Source of the DNA: Phaeospirillum sp.
GTDB taxonomy: Bacteria > Pseudomonadota > Alphaproteobacteria > Rhodospirillales > Magnetospirillaceae
Assembly: GCA_030651575.1 (NCBI GenBank)
Contig: JAUSFB010000027.1
Span: 336,897-368,896 of the forward strand
DNA length: 32,000 bases
Direction of reading: 5' to 3'
The translations under genes were made by a program, and so were the position numbers. Positions 25,517 through 32,000 of this stretch are shown in pieces (the stretch's first letter is position 1; every line of letters starts with the position of its first letter). Under the pieces are notes generated by a model. The model was not told the DNA's origin and did not search any database. It was given only the letters and a program-made list of their open reading frames with translations.

Positions 25517-26760
25517 GGGCGGTGACGATGGCCGCTGTCGCCCTCGCCGCCCTGGCGATGCAGGGGTGCGCAACGACGGGACAGCCCGGTGCCGGTGGAC
25601 CTTCACCTGAGGTCGCGACGGCCCCGCCGAAACCATGGGCGAAAGCCTTCGATCTCGCCGAGCAGAAGCCCGGTGTAGCGCCGTCGCGCGATACCCTGGA
25701 GGGCAGCCTGTGGATGGCCATCGAAAAGATGGAGCAGGACACCAGGACCTCCGGCACCAGGATCCAGGACAAGCAGGTCAACGACTATGTCCAGGGACTG
25801 GTCTGCAAGCTGGCCGGCGCCTATTGCCCCGACGTCCGCGTCTACGTCACCCACGTCCCCCAATTCAACGCCTTCATGACGCCGAACGGCATGATGCAGG
25901 TGTGGACGGGCCTGTTGCTGCGCACCCAGAACGAGGCGCAGCTTGCCACCGTGCTCGGCCACGAGATCGGCCATTTTCTCCAGCGCCACTCGGTCAAACG
26001 CTACGAGGACGCCATCGCCAAGACCAACCTGCTGGCCGTGTTCCAGATCGCGGCAGCGGCGGGGGGCGTGCCGGTCGCCGGAGATGCGGCAACGCTGGTC
26101 ACCATGGGGTCCATCGCCTCGTTCAGCCGCGACAATGAGCGCGAGGCCGACGACCTTGGCATGCGGTTGCTGGTGGAAAATGGCTACGACGCGCGGGAGG
26201 CTTCCAAGATCTGGGACAACCTGATCGCCGAGATGAAGGCCGACGAGGGCTCCTCGTCGCCATTGTTCTTCCTGGCTTCGCATCCGCCATCCGACGAGCG
26301 CAGCCGAACCCTAAAGACCATGGCCGGAGAGGCTCGCCTTCTCGGCAACCAAGACGAAACCGGGGCCAAGCGGTACCGCCGCGTTTTCCTTCCCCATCGG
26401 GGTGAATACCTGCGCGACGAACTGAACCAGCGCCGCTACGGCCGCTTCGACAAACTGCTCGACCAGTTGATCGAGGACGGGGCCAATGTCGGCGAACTCC
26501 TCTATTTCCGGGGTGAGCTATACCGACAGCGCGGCAAGGATGGGGACCTGCCCAAGGCGCTCGCGGCCTATGAGGCCGCCACGGCGGCCGAAGGGGCGCC
26601 GCCGGAACTCTACCGCGCCCTGGGCCTGCTGCGGCTCAAATCGGGTGACCGGCCAGCGGCCGGCGCAGCGCTGGAACGTTTCCTGGCGCTGCGGCCCGAT
26701 GCCCCCGACCGCGACATGATCCGCATGATGATCGACCAGACACGACAGGTGACGCAATGA
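25513..26760 (+). CDS. M48-family zinc metallopeptidase with C-terminal TPR-like region (lipoprotein or periplasmic)
   Basis: The ORF is trimmed to MRAVTMAAVALAALAMQGCATTG (lipobox-like AMQGC). HExxH occurs in LGHEIGHFLQRH, with a downstream E in NEREADDLG. The C-terminal TPR-like segment reads GELYRQRGKDGDLPKALAAYEAA...YRALGLLRLKSGD. Confidence 0.85.
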   Translation: MRAVTMAAVALAALAMQGCATTGQPGAGGPSPEVATAPPKPWAKAFDLAEQKPGVAPSRDTLEGSLWMAIEKMEQDTRTSGTRIQDKQVNDYVQGLVCKLAGAYCPDVRVYVTHVPQFNAFMTPNGMMQVWTGLLLRTQNEAQLATVLGHEIGHFLQRHSVKRYEDAIAKTNLLAVFQIAAAAGGVPVAGDAATLVTMGSIASFSRDNEREADDLGMRLLVENGYDAREASKIWDNLIAEMKADEGSSSPLFFLASHPPSDERSRTLKTMAGEARLLGNQDETGAKRYRRVFLPHRGEYLRDELNQRRYGRFDKLLDQLIEDGANVGELLYFRGELYRQRGKDGDLPKALAAYEAATAAEGAPPELYRALGLLRLKSGDRPAAGAALERFLALRPDAPDRDMIRMMIDQTRQVTQ

Positions 26761-27356
26761 AACACGGACTATTGGCAATGATCCTGGCGGGCGGCCTGCT
26801 GGCGGCCTGCACCAACGCGACCCTGGTCAGCGGCAATGCCCCCACCATCATCGGCAACGCCATCACGGTCATTCCGGCCATCGGCTGGAACCGGTTCGGC
26901 GAAGGCACCTCCGAAGTCTGGACCGTGGATGGGCCGATGCTGGAGCAATTGCGGTTCATGGCCGGCCTGTCGGACGGCGATACCGCGATCATCCCCTCGC
27001 CGGACAAGAACCCGACCTTCGCCACCTCGGGCCTGGACACCGACAAGGCGCCCCGCTTCCGCAAGGGCATGATCCTGCCCGAGGTGAAGGAGTTCTTCGA
27101 GGGCGTGCTGGCCTTCGCCGACGCCCAGCGCCCCAAGGTCGAGAACGTCCGCCCCGAACCCTTCGCCGGCCAGCCGGGCTTTGCCTTCGACTTCTCGTTC
27201 ACGTCGAAGAACGGGCTGGATTTCAAGGGATTCGGCCGGGGGACGATCAAGAACGACAAGCTTTACCTTGTCACCTATCATGGCACACGGCTGCGGTATT
27301 TCGACATGTACAGGAAGGATGCGGAGACGGTGATCGGGTCGGCGAGATTCCTCTGA
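26757..27356 (+). CDS. Putative lipoprotein (199 aa)
   Basis: MKHGLLAMILAGGLLAAC|TNAT lipobox. The start overlaps the M48 stop (ATGA at 26757-26760). Confidence 0.7.
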   Translation: MKHGLLAMILAGGLLAACTNATLVSGNAPTIIGNAITVIPAIGWNRFGEGTSEVWTVDGPMLEQLRFMAGLSDGDTAIIPSPDKNPTFATSGLDTDKAPRFRKGMILPEVKEFFEGVLAFADAQRPKVENVRPEPFAGQPGFAFDFSFTSKNGLDFKGFGRGTIKNDKLYLVTYHGTRLRYFDMYRKDAETVIGSARFL

Positions 27357-27644
27357 TGGTGCTGTGGTGTTGAACGCCCTCTTCTGACCCTGAACGGAAG
27401 TCGGTGGAGGGAGACTGGCGCAAGTGCCCGCTTTGCGCCCATGGCGGGCGTTGCGAGGGTCAGCGCCGGCTTCCATGAGCGGACTTTGTGGTGGATGACT
27501 GCGCCGACTGCCGTGTGCCAGGAAGAGAAGTTGGAGCGAATCGGCAATTAGATGCAGTGTCACCGCAACCCCGAACCTTTTCTAGCTAGAAGATTTAGGT
27601 TCATACTTCTCCCACGTGCCGAGGTGGTGACGGAGGAGCATTGG

Positions 27645-28610
27645 ATGGGCATGGACACAAATCAGACAATTTCGAAGATTTCTTCGATTTTCATGCCTCA
27701 CGCTTTTGAACGCTGGCAGAAACTTAACGCCGCCGGCGGGAGATTTGTCCACTATACCAGTGCTGAAAACGCTATAAAAATAATTAGCAACAAAGAATTA
27801 TGGATGCGAGATCCTCGATGCATGAATGACTATAGTGAAGTGAAACATGGATATTCTATAATTCACAACTACTTCAATGAGAGATGTCGGCTGGAGTCCT
27901 TCTCATCATTGCTAAATAATTGCGGTGACGGCATCGCAGAGCACGTATTCGCCGCCTTCAGAGGGCTTTCCACCTTAACCCAGCAGAACACGTTTATCGC
28001 TTGTTTGTCTGAACATGACGACCGCGAGAACGACCACGGACGGCTATCCATGTGGCGATCCTATGGCCGGGGCTCTGCCAGCGTGGCCATCGTACTCAAG
28101 CTGTCAACAGTCAAAGTTGCGCCATTACAGACGTTCCTCAGCCCGGTCGCTTACTTTGAGCCAGATCAGGTGGCCTTGGAAATCCAGCGGGTGGCGGCCA
28201 ACATTGAGGAAAATCGCTCCTTCCTGCAAGCCGTCGACCGGAACCTCGTTTTTTCGTCGGCCTTTATGATGCTGACGATGGCTGCCATTTCGTTAAAACA
28301 TGTCGGATTCAGAGAAGAACGAGAGTGGCGTCTTATCCATTCGCCGGTAAATTTCTCATCAGGATTTATGACGACATCCCTGGAAACCATCGGCGGAATC
28401 CCCCAATTCGTGTGCAAAATCCCACTTAAGAACATTCCTGAGGTTGGGATTTCCGGCATCTCACTCCCCGAAATATTTGACAGTCTCATCATCGGGCCAA
28501 CCGTCTATCCAGACCCAATTGCTAACGCGTTCATTCGGGCGCTGACTGACGCGGGGGTCCAAGATGCCGGCAAGCGGGTCGTCATTTCCAGGATCCCCCT
28601 GCGGACCTAA
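27645..28610 (+). CDS. DUF2971-like protein (321 aa) in an AT-rich segment
   Basis: ATG 27645 is preceded by GGAGGAG with 6-nt spacing. The N-terminus RFVHYTSAENAIKIISNKELWMRDPRCMNDYSE matches the DUF2971 pattern as I remember it (hYHYTS...IL.n.eLw.s....NDp.E). I counted 80 G+C in 27661-27860 (40%), against 66% in nearby 26901-27000. Confidence 0.65.
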   Translation: MGMDTNQTISKISSIFMPHAFERWQKLNAAGGRFVHYTSAENAIKIISNKELWMRDPRCMNDYSEVKHGYSIIHNYFNERCRLESFSSLLNNCGDGIAEHVFAAFRGLSTLTQQNTFIACLSEHDDRENDHGRLSMWRSYGRGSASVAIVLKLSTVKVAPLQTFLSPVAYFEPDQVALEIQRVAANIEENRSFLQAVDRNLVFSSAFMMLTMAAISLKHVGFREEREWRLIHSPVNFSSGFMTTSLETIGGIPQFVCKIPLKNIPEVGISGISLPEIFDSLIIGPTVYPDPIANAFIRALTDAGVQDAGKRVVISRIPLRT

Positions 28611-28769
28611 GCTAGAGCATTGACTGCTCTGACGGAATTGTAGGGGAGGCCGACGGCATCGTCCATTTTACTGCCCCCGTCTACCAAACCTGCCAGTCCG
28701 CTCCCGGCCCAAAAGGGCCACCCAGGATGGTATGTCGGCGGACGACATCGGGTGCAGAACCAGCAGCAA

Positions 28770-29828
28770 TCACGGCAGCGCCGCCCACCTCATCCGATTG
28801 CCGTTGACCATCTCCGCCAGCCGGGCCGGTTCCAGCACTTCGACCTTGTCGCCCCAGGTATAGAGGTGCCAGGCCATCTCCAGATCGCTGCCGGCGGTGA
28901 AACGCACGATCAGCGAGCCGTCCGCGTCCCGCTCCATGGTCTGGCTTGGGTGAAAGACGAATTCGGCGGCATCTTCGGCGGCCTCGGGGGCGAAGCGCCA
29001 GACCACCGGGTATGGTTCCTCCTGGAACAGGCCGAAGGATTGGGCGGCAAAGGATTGCAGGTTGAAACCGGGATCGCGGACAAAAGTTTCGTCCAGGATC
29101 TCGACCGCCTCGATATTGGGCAGGCTGAACAGCGCCACCAGATTGGCCTTGGGGTTCTCATGCCAGCCCACCAGATAGTTGCGATGGCCGTGCAGGAAGC
29201 CGTAAGGATGAACCAGACGGTCGTTGATTTTCCGGGTCCGGCGGTTGCGATAGCGGATGCGCACCTTGCGGCATGCCTTCATGGCATCGCGAAGCTCCTC
29301 GACCACCGACACGTTGATGCGCGGGCGCGGGCCGGGGCGCATGGCCAAACCCTCGGCCTCCAACATGGCTTCCAGGTCCGGTTCCACCTTGCGGGCGATA
29401 TCGGGCTTCATGAGCGCCCGCACCTTGCCTGACACAGTGGTCAGGTTGGCGGCCTCGTCCTCGCGGTTGTCGCGGTCAAGAAGACGGATGGCCGCGTCCA
29501 GCGCCGCCAGTTCATCGGCGGTGAAGGCGATCAGGCGATCCAGGGTGCCGGACGGAATTCGCCAGCGCTTGGTCCGCTCATCGGTTTCCACCTCCTCGCA
29601 CTGAGAGAAATTTCGCAGGACCGCATCGCGCATGCGCATAGCGGTGCGCCGACCGACTTCGAATTTGGCCTCGATATCCTTCAGCGACAAGCCGCCGCGC
29701 GCCGCCTGCATCTCCAGCGCCAATTGCAGCAGGTTGTCGGCTTTCTCGTAGCGCACCGCCGCCCCCAGTCCATGAAACGTGTCCAATTCTGACACGGACA
29801 GGCCGTCAAATGAAGTGGGCACGATCAA
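28770..29828 (-). CDS. WYL-domain transcriptional regulator (N-terminal HTH + WYL + C-terminal extension; BrxR/CapW-like)
   Basis: HTH region LLQLALEMQAARGGLSLKDIEAKFEVGRRTAMRMRDAV. WYL region RIRYRNRRTRKINDRLVHPYGFLHGHRNYLVGWHE. The start is uncertain (TTG 29828 or GTG 29822). It is convergent with the DUF2971 gene and lies 12 nt from the divergent ORF at 29841. Confidence 0.85.
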   Translation of the reverse strand: MIVPTSFDGLSVSELDTFHGLGAAVRYEKADNLLQLALEMQAARGGLSLKDIEAKFEVGRRTAMRMRDAVLRNFSQCEEVETDERTKRWRIPSGTLDRLIAFTADELAALDAAIRLLDRDNREDEAANLTTVSGKVRALMKPDIARKVEPDLEAMLEAEGLAMRPGPRPRINVSVVEELRDAMKACRKVRIRYRNRRTRKINDRLVHPYGFLHGHRNYLVGWHENPKANLVALFSLPNIEAVEILDETFVRDPGFNLQSFAAQSFGLFQEEPYPVVWRFAPEAAEDAAEFVFHPSQTMERDADGSLIVRFTAGSDLEMAWHLYTWGDKVEVLEPARLAEMVNGNRMRWAALP

Positions 29829-29840
29829 CCGGCGGCTGCG

Positions 29841-30056
29841 ATGCGGATCTGTGGGGCTTTGGCACTGTCGTTATTGATCATGCCACCCGCCTGGGCCGGC
29901 GATGCCCAGGTGTGCTTCACGCCGGGCGAAGACTGCACCGGCATGCTTGTGACTGAGCTCGCCACCGCCCGGCGCGAGGTCCTGGTTCAGGCCTATGGCT
30001 TCACCAATCCCGCCATAGCCCAGGCGCTGTCCGACGCCCGTCGCCGCCAGGTCACG
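29841..30056 (+). pseudogene. 5' fragment of a secreted PLD-family (Nuc-like) nuclease/phospholipase D gene
   Basis: A signal peptide (MRICGALALSLLIMPPAWAG) is followed by VCFTPGEDCTGMLVTELATARREVLVQAYGFTNPAIAQALSDARRR. This resembles the N-terminal third of Nuc-type PLD proteins. Similarity stops before any HKD motif, and downstream in-frame residues look like out-of-frame junk. Confidence 0.55.
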
Positions 30057-30060
30057 ATAT

Positions 30061-30225
30061 GTGGAACTGGAGGCTCGCCTGGCCCGAACCATTCATTTGG
30101 CGTTCGGGCTGCCGGCTCTGTTGCCGCAGGAATGGCGAGAGATGATCGACCGCGCCGACAGGCTTGCCGCCTTCATCGAGGCTATTCATCTCGCTGGCTT
30201 TACAGAAGCCGAGGCCAGAGGCACT
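30061..30225 (+). pseudogene. Internal fragment of an HD-domain phosphohydrolase-like gene (different frame)
   Basis: The frame-1 ORF begins ELEARLARTIHLAFGLPALLPQEWREMIDRADRLAAFIEAIHLAGFTEAEA. This resembles the C-terminal part of a conserved alphaproteobacterial HD hydrolase family (from memory). There is no N-terminal HD motif, and the ORF tail is the out-of-frame reading of the BrxL-like region. Confidence 0.4.
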
Positions 30226-30230
30226 GGGCA

Positions 30231-32000
30231 TCCCTTGAGAACTTCGCCTCTCAGCGCATTGCCATCGGCGAGAAGTTCTATCGGGACAACGATCGCCTGT
30301 TGGAGGGCGGGATCTGGGCGGAAGTCGTGATCGCCCACAATGACATCGATCAGGACGCCTATGCGTTCTACGTCGAGGACCTGCGGCCGGTCCAGCTCAG
30401 CCGCTTCGACTTTGCCACCTACGGCGAGGCCAAGAAGGCGTTCACTCGTGACGAGTGGATGGACGTGGTGCTCCGCTCGGTGGGCCTGGAGCCGGGTAAG
30501 CTGTCCAAGCGAGTAAAGCTGCACTTCATCGCCAGACTGGCCCCCCTGGTGGAACCCAACTTCAACTTCATCGAGCTTGGCCCACGTGGCACGGGCAAGT
30601 CCTACTTCTTCTCCGAGTTCTCCCCCTACTCCACGCTCATCAGTGGCGGACAGGCTACCAAGTCGGTGCTGTTTTACAACAATGCGCGCCACAAGATCGG
30701 CTTGGTCGGGTTCTGGGACACGGTGGCGTTCGACGAAGTCGGCGGCATCAAGGTCAAGGATCCGGACACGATCCAGATCATGAAGGACTACATGGCCAAT
30801 GGCCGCTTTTCACGCGGTGCGGAGGTGATCGCCGACGCCAGCATGGCGTTCGTCGGCAACATCGACATGTCCGTCGAGCAGATCGTCAACTCGACGGAAT
30901 ACGATCTTTTTCAGCCGCTCCCCGAGCAGTTTGACCTGGCGGTTATGGACCGTTTCGCTTGCTACCTGCCGGGCTGGGAGATGCCCAAGAACAGCAGCGC
31001 GTTCCTAACCGAGCGATTCGGTCTCATCACCGACTTTTTGGCTGAAGCCTTCCACCACCAGCTCAAGCACAGCAACCGTTACGAGGAAGTCAGCAAGCGG
31101 CTGAAGTTGGGCTCGACCGTCGAGGGCCGCGACGAGAAGGGCATCAAGAAGACCCTTTGCGCCATGCTTAAGATCCTGCATCCCGCCGATTCCCCGACGA
31201 ACGAGGAGTTTGACGAATACGCGGCCTACGCCGTCGAATGCCGACGCAGGGTCAAGGAGCAGATGAACAAGCGGAAGCCGGACGACGAGTTTGCCCGGAT
31301 CGACCTCTCCTTCTTCGACAAAGACGGAATAGAGTTTGTCGTTCGCTGCCCCGAGAGCGTCGGCGCATCCGCCACGCTCGAACCCGCACGTCGTCGTCTG
31401 CGGAGCAAGGACGGAGAGCCAGATGCCACCGCCCCCTCGGCTGCTACGCCCAAGCCGGTCGAGGCGTTCTCTCCCCCGCCGTTAGATGTCCCTGCTCCCG
31501 CTGAAACGAGGGCCCTGACCGAGCAGCATTACACTATCGCCTACGGGGATACGGGCTATTCCTACGACACGATCTTCGGCCCTTACCTGTTCGGGGCGAA
31601 GGCGGTCCTCGTCGAGGATCCCTACATCCGCATGCCACATCAGATCGCCAACTTCGTCCGCTTCTGCGAAACCGTCGTGAAGGTGGCTGCCACGGTCAGG
31701 ACCATCACTCTGGTCACATCCTACGACGAGCAGACGGATATGGCCGGCCTCCACGACAAGCTGGGCGAACTCAAGCAGAGCCTGCTGGAGTACGACGTGA
31801 CGCTGGAGATCGAATTGAACGACAAACTCCATGACCGCGAGGTTCGTCTCGACAACGGCTGGACCATCAAAATCGGACGCGGACTCGACTTCTACCAGAA
31901 GCCCGAGGGCTGGTATGCGGTCGGAGCGACCGACCTCGGCCTCAGACGCTGCCTGGAGACCAAGGTGGACGTCTTCCGCGCCCCATCAGTGAAGGTGTGA
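30231..32000 (+). CDS. BrxL-type AAA+ ATPase fused to a C-terminal MIT_C (MITD1-like PLD-fold) domain; lacks the BrxL N-terminal ~105 aa and any Lon-like domain
   Basis: Similarity to BrxL starts near [30 protein letters not shown]. Walker A [11 protein letters not shown] (30579-30602). Walker B VAFDEVGG (30723-30746). [10 protein letters not shown] and PGWEMP are also present. A Pro/Ala-rich linker leads to the C-terminal [17 protein letters not shown]...[29 protein letters not shown]...CLETKVDVF. The only uninterrupted upstream start is ATG 29841, which reads through the fragments; an in-frame GTG lies at 30327. The TGA stop is at the window end. Confidence 0.7.
   Translation, partial: [589 protein letters not shown]

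Noticed and set aside
27278-27547. 89-aa minus-strand ORF, and a Cys-containing plus-frame stretch (…WRKCPLCAHGGRCEG…), in the intergenic region before the DUF2971-like gene.
   Set aside because: There is no start or RBS context. It overlaps the end of the lipoprotein gene and has an implausible composition. It could be a decayed remnant, but I cannot support any call.
30061-30330. 89-aa ORF as an independent small gene.
   Set aside because: Only its first ~55 aa look protein-like (an HD-hydrolase-like fragment). The remainder is the out-of-frame reading of the BrxL-like coding region. I treat it as a gene fragment rather than a functional CDS.
1-32000. CRISPR arrays, tandem repeats, IS elements, integrases and toxin-antitoxin pairs.
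   Set aside because: Reading intergenic regions by eye, I saw no regularly spaced repeats and no long tandem repeats. No ORF has transposase or integrase hallmarks. A computational repeat search would be needed to exclude short or degenerate repeats.

Overview
High-GC chromosomal segment that looks alphaproteobacterial, possibly Rhodospirillales-like. That placement is inferred only from gene content: an AddA-type helicase-nuclease, a short RNase D-like exonuclease, an NDUFA9-like protein, a DUF1127 protein and a hemerythrin. Spot count: 66 G+C in 26901-27000. I support about 28 protein-coding genes, one tRNA-Leu(CAG) and a few small regulatory or structural elements. I found no rRNA, CRISPR array, transposase or integrase. 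From 1 to about 16.4 kb the content is ordinary housekeeping and signalling: GST, M17 aminopeptidase, MarR, TAXI-TRAP receptor, Cache/PAS histidine kinase with an overlapping hemerythrin, tRNA-Leu, RNase D-like exonuclease, AddA, a PAS-GGDEF cyclase and a UbiA/MenA-like prenyltransferase. Two loci look accessory and deserve follow-up. (1) 16771-21829 is a tightly linked gene pair. The first gene encodes a channel-like membrane protein with tandem Rossmann/RCK-like domains and a C-terminal RyR domain. The second encodes a 1067-aa STAND/NACHT-type P-loop NTPase with an N-terminal DUF4062-like domain, a large unassigned helical C-terminal region and a hydrophobic tail at the extreme C-terminus. 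I consider this the best candidate for an undescribed NLR-like conflict or signalling system. (2) About 27.36-32.0 kb is a compositionally foreign, defence-island-like segment. It holds an AT-rich DUF2971-like gene, a WYL-domain (BrxR/CapW-type) regulator, a patchwork of gene fragments (PLD/Nuc 5' piece and an HD-hydrolase piece), and a BrxL-type AAA+ ATPase whose Lon-like C-terminus is replaced by a MITD1-type (MIT_C) PLD-fold domain. This copy lacks the BrxL N-terminal region and may be decayed. All family assignments come from motif recognition by eye and from memory, not from searches.
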